Made by a program: the position numbers and the translations under genes. This document shows, piece after piece, positions 45,595-61,477 of a stretch of DNA of 64,000 nucleotides (position 1 is the stretch's first letter; each line of letters starts with the position of its first letter). Source of the DNA: Chrysomallon squamiferum (lineage: Eukaryota; Animalia; Mollusca); the NCBI GenBank assembly GCA_012295275.1, contig CM022665.1, forward strand, positions 40,114,001 to 40,178,000. Reading direction: 5' to 3'. The notes under the pieces are model-generated. The model worked only from the letters and a program-made list of their open reading frames with translations. It made no database searches and was not told the origin of the DNA.

Positions 45595-46609
45595 TAAACA
45601 ACTTTTCGAAAAGGTGTGGCGTTATTTTTACTGTTTTATTTTCATTTTATTCCATTATTATATTATTTATTCCATAATATTTAAGAAATTCTGGTTTACT
45701 GTTATAATATTCGTGAGAATTAAAACGCATTAAATAAGTTAGCAAATACTCTCAATTAGTTCCATGCTCATTTCACCAATATAGAAATAATATATATATA
45801 TATGTGTGTGTTGTTTTTTTGGTTTTGTTTTTATTATTTATTTATTAGATATTAATGGCGCGAGAAAATGCTTCGAGAATACTCAGGTTTTTCGTTCTTA
45901 ATGTTTTTCAGTCACTCGTCTTAATACGCTAGTGGTCGATACCGAAGGAAAAATATTTTGTTTTCGAAAATCAACATGCAGAAAATAGAAAAATAGCGCT
46001 ATTTTCAGTTGGCGAATTCTTCAAACCACTTAGAGTTAATGAAAAACGATTTAAAAGGAAAAATATCAGTGTCTATTATCTGGCTTCAATGATTATATTA
46101 ACTTACAGTCCAGGTTTTGTTTACAGTTGTTTATGAACGAGTGTTGGTGCACGTGTGTGGAAAATACGTTTACCTTTTGTTGTGTAGTATTACTGTTATT
46201 ATCATTAACACCGTCACCACTAGGACTAGTGCTGCTGCTAAGACGACTACTACTGCTACTTATAATACTAATACTTCTAAATGCAGCTACTGTTAGGATA
46301 ACACAGGCGACTGCAGGAACTTTTTGAATGAGGTTCAGAATCGGTGCTCTTCAGGGCGCTGTTGTGCTGTTTTCCTTTTTAGCCAATAACCAATGAAAAC
46401 CGCGAATTGTTTTCCATGTTTATGAGTCGGTGCATTTCAACAGTCTTTTGTTGCTAATTGATTAAAGTCTGTAATGTAATGGCAGCCAGGTTTAACCTAT
46501 TATAAAAACAATAACAACAACAATTCTACATTTGTATTGTTTTAAACGTATGTGTAACCGTTATGTCCTCATCTAATTTCCATTCCTTTTCATTTTGTGG
46601 CGTTTCTTT

Positions 46610-47101
46610 TTTTACAGTTATTCAGTGTTACTTTACAAAAGTGAATAAATACAAACAAATCAAAGAAATAAAGAAATAAACAATCAATCAAACAAATAAA
46701 ACCAAATACAAAGATACATACATGCACACATACGTACGTACGTACATAAAATTCAGTTATAAATGTTCAGTATATAAATATTTGATAAGAATAATATATA
46801 AATAAATAATAATAATAAAGGATTTAAAAGAACATTTACTGCAGACAAACTTCATTTCAATGATTACAAAACATTCTTACACTGACTAAAGATTAAGATA
46901 CGGTTTTTTATCGGCACAAATGAAAATATCAGTTTCTTAGATGATTAGTTACAGAGGCTAGTACTCACAAAAGAGTTCTGACAAAGCAGGTAATTTGTAA
47001 ATGTTTGTTTTGTTTTTTTTTTTTTTTTTTTTTTTTTTCGTCGAGTATTAAGCACAACTCTATTTGTTTTCTTTCTTTTTCTTTTTCTTTTTTTCTTTCT
47101 T

Positions 47102-47137
<36 letters not shown>

Positions 47138-47258
47138 CTTTTTTTAAATATATATATCTAAGAAACACTTTTCTAAGTGAACTGCATCAGCGGAACTGTA
47201 TGTCCATGTCCGCGAGTTGATGAATAATGAAATAGTTTTTAAATAGATCCCTCCGCCC

Positions 47259-47348
<90 letters not shown>

Positions 47349-47508
47349 CTTTTCTTTTCATTTTCGTTTGTTGTTGTTGCTTTTTTACTGTAAATGATTC
47401 ACGTAAAAGTTTTGATTCGTTAACATCTTAACTTTGAGTAAAGACCTTGATTTTTATTATTATTTTTATTTTTGTTTTGTTCCTTCTTTCTTTCTTTCTT
47501 TCTTCATC

Positions 47509-47584
<76 letters not shown>

Positions 47585-48205
47585 ATAAGTTACTGAACAC
47601 TACACATCGTCTACTGCTGAGAATGTTTATTAATGATTGTTGAAAATGAATGTTTGCGTAACAAAACACAACATATTTACACATTTTAACGTTAACGGAT
47701 TTTTACAGTTATTCAGTGTTACTTTGCAAAAGTGAATAAATACAAACAAATCAAAGAAATAAAGAAATAAACAATCAATCAAACAAATAAAACCAAATAC
47801 AAAGATACATAAATGCACACATATGTATGTACGTACATAAAATTCAGTTATAAATGTTCAGTATACAAAATATTTAATAAGAATAATAAATAAATAAATA
47901 AATAATAATAAAGGATTTAAAAGAACATTTATTGCAGACAAACTTCATATCAAGGATTACAAAACATTCTTACACTGACTAAAGGTTAAGATACAGCTTT
48001 TTATCGGCACAAATGAAAATATCAGTTTCTTAGATGATTAGTTACAGAGGCTAGTACTCACAAAAGAGTTCTGACAAAGCAGGTAATTTGTAATGTTAGT
48101 TTTTGTGGGGGGTTTTCATCGAGTATTAAGCACAACTCTATTTATTTTCTGTCTTTTTCTTTTTCCTTTTTTCTTTCATTCTTTAAAAAAAAAAAAAATA
48201 ATAAT

Positions 48206-48262
<57 letters not shown>

Positions 48263-48362
48263 AAACACTTTTCTAAGTGAACTGCATCAGCGGAACTGTA
48301 TGTCCATGTCCGCGAGCTGATGGATAATGAAATAGTCTCAAAATAGATCCCTCCGCCCCAGA

Positions 48363-48420
<58 letters not shown>

Positions 48421-48579
48421 TTTTCTTTTCTTTTCATTTTTTTTTGGTTGTTGTTTTTGTTGTTGTTGCTTTTTTACTGTAAATGATTCACGTAAAAGTT
48501 TTGATTCGTTAACTTTGAGGAAAGACGGGGATTTTTATTATTATTATTTTTTGTTTTGTTCCTTCTTTCTTTCTTTCTT

Positions 48580-48670
<91 letters not shown>
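46610..48670. repeat. ~1-kb tandem duplication
   Basis: 46610-47580 matches 47700-48670, with microsatellite length differences. The spacer 47582-47700 matches 10108-10222 and 50078-50190. Confidence 0.9.
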
Positions 48671-48676
<6 letters not shown>

Positions 48677-50527
48677 CGGTTTGCACTTATAGAGGAAGTT
48701 CATACGATTTTCATGTTTACTGGTCGAAAGACTTCCTCGTAATAATAACGTAATTTTTCGTCTGCTTTCGTAAATTCTGCCAATGGCTGCAGGCTTAGGT
48801 AAATATGATCAGTAACACTTCAGCAAATATCCCTCATAGTTATTCTTTTAGGCAATTTCGACAGCAACGTAATGATCAAATTCATTCGATTAGAATAATT
48901 TTGACATTTCATTGCTTCATAACTTACAATTTAAAACATTCATTTCTAGCGATAACAGGTTCAGTAAGAGTCCGTTTCTTTCATTTTATCTGTGTACCTA
49001 TTTCCGTCATTTTCTCCGTTTTAAATATTAAACACACACATTAAAACACGCACCACACACGCATCCTTTTTTTCTGCTGGTGAGTATTTTTTCTAGCGTA
49101 GAGTAATATAAGTGTAATTTGTAATTGCTTACGGGCTAAGCACTCAGTACAAATGCAACGACTCTGCTGTATTCTACGTAAAGTTTTATTATTCATTAAA
49201 GTGTAACTTTTCCCTTAAGATTTTCTTGTTTTGATTGCAACTGTTTCTTTGTGTGTGTTTGTAAAAATAGTGTCTGTATTATTACCTATCCAGGAATAAA
49301 TAATGAAAGTTACACTCAACAGAATAACACCACATTTTCAGAAATTCTGGACCAGACCCTAGCCAATGCTTTCAACGTGGAAAGTGATTTTTCAGTTTCT
49401 TATAAGCTAGTGACCTATTTAGATATAATGTGCCAATTTTGTCTTCTTTCTGCCTGCTAGACTTTCACGTGAAACCGAATATTCCCGACAGTAACCTAAT
49501 TAGGTAATTCTGGCTTTGAAGGTAATAATACATTTTCAGCGATTTGCTTTTCTCCTGCGGCCTATGGCAAAGACATTCAAAAATCCATCTTTCCGTAGAC
49601 GCAAAATGAATTATGATGTAACTCCAGCAGAAGGCTTTCCTCTCCTTTCTTTCAGAACACTGTATTATGGTCTTGAAAACGTTGTTCGTTAGTTTTAATA
49701 CAGCAAGAATGCAGCAGGTCGTTTACGATGAACACTTCAGGTCGGTGTTTCTAACATGAGGCACACGACCCAAATGAGGACAATTTAATTATGACGTATT
49801 AAGAACAAAAAATTTCTGAACTCGCTGATATCGATGACCAATGAATCCTGCCAGGCAGAACAAACAATTAAATTCAGTTCCACTTGTTTTATGAAATAAT
49901 TATGCTAATGAATAAGTGTTCCGAACTTGGTAGGCTGTTATGCCAAAGGGGGTATGAATATCGTGGAGGGGGTAAGTAGACCAAGACCCCTAATGCTTTA
50001 AGTAAATCTGGCTACTTTCCGATTTACAAGACTTGATTTTGTTGTGGCTCCTAACAAATATCAAACACCATCGTCTTATAAGTTACTGAAAACTACACAT
50101 CGTTTACTGCAGAGAATGTTTATTAATGATTGTTGAAAATGAATGTTTGCGTAACAAAACACAACATATTTACACATTTTAACGTTAACGGCTAACGGTT
50201 ATTATCTGTCAGTCGTTAATCTTTTTCTTTTATAATGAAGAAAAGAGGACAGCGGCAACACCATCCACGGGTTACTCTGACAAGTTAGCAGCGAGGAATC
50301 TTTTCTCTGCGTGTTACCAAAGAGATAAAAGACTTGCCACAGCCTTTTGCAAACCATTGTAATGGAGCAGTGGTTGTAATGGAACATAGCCTAAAAGGGA
50401 CCGGTGTGAAAGCTTGATCTCGTCATCTATCACACTGTATGTCGATCTTATAATCACTGAGAAATATTCCGGGTCCAGGGGCAGATTCAGGGGGATTTCC
50501 CAGTCGCACAAACACCCTCCCAAGCAA

Positions 50528-50582
<55 letters not shown>

Positions 50583-50585
50583 AAA

Positions 50586-50624
<39 letters not shown>

Positions 50625-51799
50625 TGATAATAATAATAATAATTATAAAAACAACTGATGTCCACAGCAATGGTGTGTAGAAGGGGGCCGAAGGGGCGGT
50701 AGCCCCAGGCACCCAGATGGGAGGGGGCATCCAATCAGAGAAAAGAACTTAATAAATTTGGTTGATTTATATTTAAATCGAATAAAGTGTTTATTTTATG
50801 TTTCATCTGTGTTTACATATTCAAAATACCTGCCTTATACTTGAGTGTTTAGGGCATAGAGTCAAGGAGTTGGCATCACCAGACCTCTCCACGCCACTGG
50901 TCCTCAGGCATATAAATATTTGCTCGCTTCCCCTCCTGTAGTTGCACAAGTGACACTGAAGTTGATATGCGTACAGTCCTTGTTGCATTCGTTTTGAAAC
51001 TGAGGACAACGTATGACGACATTGCAGGCGCACATGCTGCTCAGTGTGAACGAAGGCAAGTGACTGTATTAAGTAGCACTGATGTACGCATCAGTTTGAA
51101 ACAGTTCACAACAAACACTCACTCACTCAGTCTCACTCTGTCTCATGTATCCTGTAAAATTTATAATTTCAAATTGTAAACGTTTACATATTTATTTGAA
51201 AATCCCCTCCTTACCTAAAGTTTAATCCGCCTCCTGGGTCTATTATGCAAAAGTGCAAACTTGATTGTATGAGTTTATTTCATATTACGAAGTAAAAAAT
51301 CAATTCCCACGTATATCTAGATCTTTTAAAATGGTTAGTATTCTGAAGACTCATTCTTTCTTGTCTTTTTGCATCCATTCTTTAAAATTGTACGCTTTTT
51401 ATCAAGGTAAAGGTGTTAAAATAATAGGTCTTGAGGAAATATATTAAATGTTTTAAAATAATAATAAAGGAACAGGAACATGACAGTTTTACTTTAGACG
51501 TTTTAGATTTAATTATTTTAGTTTTATTTTATTTTTTTATTGTTTTATCATTATTATTATTTTTTTTAACTTTTAAAATCTTTAGAATAATATATTTTAT
51601 TATCGGAAAATAAATGTCATAGTTATAAATATACGTTTTTTTTAAAAATTACCAAAAAAAAAAAAAAAAAAAAAAATAATAATAATAATCAAATAAAAAA
51701 AATATATGAAAAGGTTAAAATAAAAAAATAATAAATGTCAAATTGGTAAACCAGGAACATATATATAATTTTTTAAAAATTACGAAAAAAAAAAATAGT

Positions 51800-51849
<50 letters not shown>

Positions 51850-52015
51850 ATCTTGCTTTAAATTTTGGTAATGATTTGAAAATTACTTGTAAACTGGGAT
51901 TGTATGGAAAATAAATGTCATAGTTATAAATATATATCTTGCTTTAAATTTTTTTAAATTACTGTAAAAAAAAACAATAAAATAATAAAAATACCGGAAA
52001 AAAAAAAAAAAAAAA

Positions 52016-52046
<31 letters not shown>

Positions 52047-53007
52047 TAATTTATTTTATTGTAAATTATTTTTGGTGCTAAAAATAATAAAGTTTTAAAA
52101 CTATAGAAATTTTTTAAATGATGACACTCTTTAAACTTCTGTACTTTTGAAAACATCTACTATTACCTATGCTTTGGCCCAAATACTAGAATAACAGAAA
52201 AACTTATTTTAAAAGCTCTACATAATATTAATAAGTTCAAAGCAGTGAAATGAAAATGTTAAAATCTGCAACTTTATTATAAAAACTATAAGTTTACACC
52301 TAGTAAAAACCATCTAGAAATATTTTAATGATTTCAACAGTGAAGGTTTTGTTAGGTTCAATACTTTCGGTCGACTTTTCCTTCAATTCTGAACACAACA
52401 GTGTCATTGTTTTGTTATTTATTTCTGCGCTGTACTTTGTGGGTAATGGTGTCTGTGTGTCTGAGAGATTTTACAAATGTACTCAAATCTGTTATTAAAT
52501 TCCTTTCCAGTTTATGTTAAGCTGCTAATCGGCATAATGTGCATACTGACCCAATCACTGCGTCTTTGCTGGATCGTCCGTTTATACCTCTGTTTGTGCG
52601 TGCGTGCATGCGTCTGTGTGTGTGAGGGGAATACTTCTCTTTGGGGTTATTTAAAGTGGTATAAATTGAAGTTTTGCAACACACATTACAGAATTATGAA
52701 GATGACTGAAGATTAAATAAGCCTCTTTATTCAGTGAAATAAAACAAACTGAAGCTCAAATGCACACGGGATTTAAGAAATTGATACGCACCGTGCAAAT
52801 ACAGTTTTCTGTTTATTTATTTAAAGCCTATTTTGTTTGGGACGTATGATTCGAACCATCTTGAAATGTAGTTCGCCAGTCTTGAACCCTCCCTAACTAC
52901 GAGCTTGCAAATTATTTAAATTGTTACATTCATATATTCTATAATAATAAAATAGAAAAATAAATAAATAATAAAAATGAAAATAAATAAATAAAATATA
53001 ACAGAAG

Positions 53008-53051
<44 letters not shown>

Positions 53052-53108
53052 AAAAAAAAAAAAAAAACAAACAAACAAAGAAAATGCATTATGCTTGTTT
53101 CTCTTTAA

Positions 53109-55046
<1,938 letters not shown>

Positions 55047-55063
55047 CTTTGTTAATAAGAAGC

Positions 55064-55113
55064 TGACGTATGTTGACATAGCAACGGCGAAAGGTGACGG
55101 AGACGGGCGGGAA
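55064..55113 (-). promoter_or_regulatory. CRE-like / RFX X-box promoter of paralog 3
   Basis: TGACGT at 55064-55069, GTTGACATAGCAAC at 55072-55085, then GGGCGGGAA. Confidence 0.6.
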
Positions 55114-55626
55114 TAAACAACTTTTCGAAAAGGTGTGGCATTATTTTTACTGTTTTATTTTCATTTTATTCCATTATTATATTATTTATTCCATAATATT
55201 TAACGAAATTATGGTTTACTGATATAATATTCGTGAGAATTAAAACGCATTAAATAAGTTAGCAAATACTCTCAATTAGCTGAGATACATGTACATGCTT
55301 ATATAATCTCGAAATAAAATAAAATAAAAGAACTATAAACAAAGAAAAAATCAGATATGCTTAACTAAATGTAGTGGAATATCGAAATAGTTTATATCAT
55401 TCTCGATGGCGAAATATAATCCAACATAAATCAGAACATTTGTGGCAATAGGGACATTTGTAAATGCTCATAAGTGAACTATTTTAACATGCTTGCCATT
55501 TTCGCTAAAATTAATAACCGGATATTTACTTCGTTTTACAATCGTTTCTTCAAAATAAGTATAATACTGTTTACATTGTTCTTTTTGTTCTTGCCCACAA
55601 TTATTAAGACCGTATGATGAATAATA

Positions 55627-55667
<41 letters not shown>

Positions 55668-55946
55668 AAAAAAAAAAAATAAAAGTAAAATAAAAAATAA
55701 AAACATGAGGAATTTTTCCAAAATTTCATGGAGGTAATGACAGCAGAAGTTTTAAAATGATCACGTGTTTTCACTGAACCATAGGCTTAGTGCCACGTGA
55801 CAGTGAAGGAACTTAATACAGCAGAGCCGGCGGCGATTCAGCGTCTGTCTACTGTGTCGTACTTTCCGTCATTACCTTCCAGAGTTAGTCAGACGTGCAT
55901 CATCTTTAGAACTACTGTTGTAATTCTTCTGTTTACTGACCTGGTG

Positions 55947-55980
<34 letters not shown>

Positions 55981-56909
55981 CCCTAACCCCCACTTGTTCG
56001 TTTTTGAAATTTTCGTGTTTCCGTTCTAGAAGTATTTTTAATTTTCGGACGAAAAATGTCTGCACAAAATCAGGAAGAAAGAAAATACTGGTGAATACTT
56101 TTCGCTTCCGAAACCTCTGTGCAGTTTAGATATTTTATTTATTTAGGCAAATTGTCATCTTACTCTTTTAGCTGTAAATTATTCTGTAGCTTCTGGGAAA
56201 TGCATCATATTCAACAATTATCACCTTGTGTTTGGTCATATGAGGAAAACAACGGACTAGCATTTGACATAAACACCTTCCATACGGTTTGCTGAAAATA
56301 ACAAATAATCGCTTTTAAGACTACATCTCTGTTTGTTATGTTATTTGCACCACATTTATTCTTCTTCTAATATTTCTATGGGAAATTTTATCAGCATGAC
56401 TTTGTACAGTTTTACAGTTTACTACTGATTTAACATCATGGTTAAATTTATCCTTTGTAAAGTTTCTTCTCATTTTTAATCTTGTGTAAGAATCCGTACT
56501 TCAGATTCTGGCTGTGAAATCCAAACCATTGTATTGAATGTGTATGTATGTATTGATTTAGTAAATCTTTCCACACAAACTCACAGGCTCATCTATGCTC
56601 ATAAAACAGTTGAACACACATTTGAACACACATTCACATGAATCCTGACCCACACACAGCCAAATGAGCATACACACACAGTCACATGAACAAAGACTCT
56701 ACCCACACTGAATAGCCTTTAATCTTTTCCCCTTTTGTAAACTGTATATGCTCTCACTCACACTCTGTGTTTGTATGTATAATTATTTAGTCAGTATGAG
56801 AATCTTGTTCCACTGTTCTCCCTGACTGGCTGATATGTATCACTGTCTGATCATGTAATAATTTTTCCTATTAAAACCAAATAAAATAAACATAAAATAA
56901 TAATTGTGA

Positions 56910-57110
56910 CTGTATGGCACCTCGACATACTCCATCATTAAAGGATATCAGATTGATAATATTAGAGAGGAAACCCACTGGCATCATTGCATGGAGCCTT
57001 AGGCATTTGTACTGATTAGTTGCAGAATGTATTATACCTTAACCTTCCCCATGACAGGAAAAAATATACAAAAGCCTTTGATATTCAGACTTTGATGTCT
57101 GGTTGGAATG
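56910..57110 (-). mobile_element. SINE fragment
   Basis: attagagaggaaacccactg...gattagttgcag...ttccccatgacagg...gcctttgatat; same family as the copies at 3345 and 10285. Confidence 0.5.
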
Positions 57111-58992
57111 GTTGTATTGCTAAGTTTATTGTCACAAAGCAAATACCTTAATATTAACACTGTCACAAAAAACAGAGTTAATACAAGTAAATCATACTTC
57201 TGTTCCATTTCTATTCCTGAGAGGACAAATATGTTATTTTTATAATCTATTTTGAATTAATTCACCTACTTTCTGTCTTCCTAATGTTAGTATACACATA
57301 AACCTTTCCACACAAAGGCTTATCTGTGCATATAACCTTTCTTAAAAACACAATCACATGAACACAGACATTAACACACACAGTTACAAGTACACAAAAG
57401 ATGCAGCCACATACACACACACACACACACACACACGTACCCAGTCACATGAATGCATACAAACTTGCACACACTTGCTGTCACATGGACACACACATAC
57501 ACAGTAACACTTATGCTGGCATTTTCTATTGGATATTCTCATCATCTCTTTCTGAGACACACATAATACTTATTTCATAGTTTCAAGCCTGTATTCTCTG
57601 TGCCAGTCTCAGTCAGCTTATATAAACTAAGTGTCTCTCGTACACATATTTCTAACACTTACTTCATAGTATCTATCCTGTAATCTATGCTTTTATAAAC
57701 TAAACTCTCTCTCTTATATACATGTATTTCTAATATTTATGTGGTAGAGTCCAGCCTTAATTCTGCGCTATTTTACCTTTTATAAACTGAACTCTTTCTC
57801 TTTCTCTCACACTTATTTCTAATACTCACTTCATAGTATCTAGCCTGTAATCAGTTTTTATAAATGAATTAACTCTCCCTTTCATTCTCTCTCCCACCCA
57901 ACATTTCTGATCAAAAGTTTTGTTTAGTTTTTAATGGTAACCGTAAGAATGTATTTTTTGATCAACTAAATTAGAAATTAGCAATATTTTTTTTTTTAAA
58001 TAATTTACATTTTTGTTTTAAATGAAGTCAGAAAAATTAATGTGACAATGAAATGTACTTCATACAAAATGTAAAAAAATAAGACATTTCACCATTAATA
58101 AATTAAGTTCACATTAATTTTAAATTAACATAAGTTTTTCACTACCTTTCATTTCCATATATATATATATATATGGGTGGGTGTCTATATTATTTTTCTG
58201 TACCTTTCTTAATCATGTTTTATGAAGGTGAGAACTTTTATTTTTATTTTTAATTTTTTTTAAATTATTTGTTTATTTATTATTTTTACATTTTATCTTT
58301 TTAAATAAATAATTGATAAAATATTATCTAGTAGCATATAATTTAAGAAAGCAAAAAAAAAAAAAAAATAGTAATAAATAAATAAAATTGGCCATTAAAT
58401 ATCACCAAAACTTTACTCTTTGTTTTAAATAATAATTGTTTCTTTTAATCGCTCTTATTTTTTATTTCAGTAAAAAAACTATTGCAATATTGAAGCCATT
58501 GGCATCATTTATTTCGAACTCAAAATATTTGTTATTCCTTGCTATAGTTTACACACCTGTTTGCAAGCACAGACATCTATCTAGGTAATTTCGTTTGGTG
58601 CATTGTCCAATGATTCAATACCATTGACGACTTTTATATTGTTTCTTTTATCAGCCATGTTAGTTTCTGTTTTATTAATAATGTCCTGCAATAAAATTGA
58701 TGGTTATGGACATTGCATCACAACCTTAACAAAACCACTAACACTGTCATTTGGTTTCCAAGTTAAAATTATCATGTGAAGTCAGCAGCCGACTAGTTTT
58801 CCCATGGTTGATCTTTATGTATCAGATGTAAATGAAAACTGTCATATGTGATTATTACTCTTTTTAAACAATACTTTGCCCATTTTGCAATCCAAAGTAC
58901 ACAAGTTTTAAAAAAAATTAAGAAGAAGATAAAAAAGTGAGATAAGGATGATACGTGTTATTTAGAATATGTCATATATATAGATTTTTTTA

Positions 58993-59023
<31 letters not shown>

Positions 59024-59525
59024 TAAAATAATATAAAATAAATTGAATTACAATTAATAAATGTGAAAAGGTGGTATAAAAATAACAAAAACATCAATAT
59101 AAAAAATAATATTTTAATATTTGTTTCTCAAATAACTTAACTGTAATATCAAAAGTTTAAAATAACAGATGCAGTTTTACATTATTATTAAGAGTAAAAT
59201 ATAAACAGGAAATGTTAAACTTTCTTTCAGCTGATTTGCCAGTTAAACTGATTAAGTGAAACCAAGCATAACGAACAGTTATAACAGTATAAAGAAAAAA
59301 AAAAAAGAAAAAAAAGTGTTACTCCCCAATTTAATGTATAATAAATGCTGAAATTTATAACGTGAAAAAATACATAAATACACATACCTACACACATACA
59401 AACACATTTACACGAAAACAGAGAAACATACATACTCAAAAACTCTTCAGAAACATTTTTCAAGAAACGTTTAAAACAACAACTTCTTTTTAAAAAAATA
59501 CCTATATACATTTATTAACCACTGA

Positions 59526-60156
59526 TTATTCGTACATGTGCTGATACCACTCTTGTCCGATCCTGATATATTCTTCTTTTTCCTCAGCTGTCATCTGTTC
59601 CACAACATCTGGTGTGATTTCAGTGTAAGGAATCTTTTTATCTCCAACTATCACCAAGGGAACGGCATCTTCATCTTCCTCGCTTTCAATCTCATCAACA
59701 GCTGAAAAATGTATTGTAGAATAACAGCTGATATACACTGAATGATGTGGATCGAGAGAAAGAGAGAGAGAGAGAGAGTTTATAGAATTTTATTGATCTA
59801 CCTATCTATAATTATTTACAACAATAATTATTATTATTATTATTATTATTATTTATTAATAATGAATATCAACATTTCTTAGGAATCAAATACAATATAA
59901 CAGATTTGTAAAAAAACATTAGCAAAAGTTGTTATTTTTTTTTTTTATATGAAAAAGAAATTACACAATACAGTTTTAAATGTGGTAGTTGTGTGTCACA
60001 GGAGACTACTGAAATCTGACTTAAAACTGTTAAATAAAATTTAAGCTAACCATATAATACAGATCAAATAAAAATTTAAGTCATCCAGCAAATGTTGTTT
60101 AAGTTATATATGTATGAATAAATAAAAATAATTAAATTAAAAAAAATATATACTGT

Positions 60157-60211
<55 letters not shown>

Positions 60212-60990
60212 TACATATATACACATACACTGTTATTTCAAAAAGTTATGATTAAGAAGCTTGTTCTTAAACTTTAAAATGTTGATATATTAACTATTAG
60301 AGTTAACTGTAAATAATATATTATATAGGTATACATAACTGATTGTCACAGTGCAAAATAATTTTCAAATCTGTCTTAGCCCCAATTCATATCTGGTTTT
60401 GCTGTTAGTTTACCAGTAATGTTACATAAATTTACTCTTGACAGATTTTCAACTGCATCGGATTCAGGATAGATAATCTATCTGTATCCTAGCTTATAAT
60501 ATATGCAGTTTACATTTGTTTGTTTTTTTAATACTGAAATGAAAGAAATTACCACTCACAGTCATAATGTATATAATAATACTCACCACCAGACCATTTA
60601 TATGGCTTACTGGCAAACCAGACATTCAAGAAAACTGGCTTTAGAAGTGTATTAAATGGTATCTGTGTTCTTTACTTTTCAATGACTGTTTTATATTTTA
60701 AGTTTATACTAACAATTAAGCGTCAGTTAACAAAAAAAAATGAAATTTCCAGAAATCTATGTCGTGTCCAGGCCCAGGCTTGCTGGTTAAGTGGTCTGGT
60801 ATGTGTACTTACCACCAGTAGAAACTGGGGGTTTTTGTGCAGCCTCATCTTCAGAAGAACTGCTGGAATCCTCACTGCCAGCTCCCGGGATCAAAGCTCC
60901 AGTGGCCTTTTTCTCATGTACCAGCAGTGTGTTCATAACCTCAGCAGCATCCACCTTTGACACACCCATCTCAGCTACAGGTTCACTCAC
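59526..60990 (-). CDS. GTF2E1: General transcription factor IIE subunit 1 (TFIIE-alpha), last two exons
   Basis: Exons 60990-60813 and 59701-59526 join in phase 1. EVMNTLLVHEKK and the acidic C-terminal domain ...VGDKKIPYTEITPDVVEQMTAEEKEEYIRIGQEWYQHMYE* match TFIIE-alpha. Upstream exons are not in the window. Confidence 0.92.
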
Positions 60991-61477
60991 CTGCAAAAAA
61001 TAAAAAAATAAAAAAATTGTAATAAATAAAATAAAATTTTGCTATAAACAACACTTTATTATTTATAATAAAAAAATAATAATAATAATAATAATAATAA
61101 TTAAAAAAAAAAAAAGTTTTATATTAAAGACGTGTATGTGATTAATTAAATAATTAATTTATAAATAATAACAAGATAAAAGTAATATATGTGCTTTAAA
61201 AACTGAATCCACTAAACCAGGCTCTCACTCAACTGACCTGGGTCAGACATCACACTAAACCAAACCCAAATAAAAGTACAGGTTGACCCTCACTAATCTG
61301 GCAATCACTAATGCAGTTCTATCACAAATCAGGACAAATTTTGGCTGGAATAACAAGTAAACTTGCTGCTAATCTTTAATGATGCTTCTGTTGGTGTCTA
61401 TTGCAAACACATGCAAGCCAATCCTATTTGAGATTCTTCATTTAATATTATAATGTGCTGATTCTTACCTTAACCGG

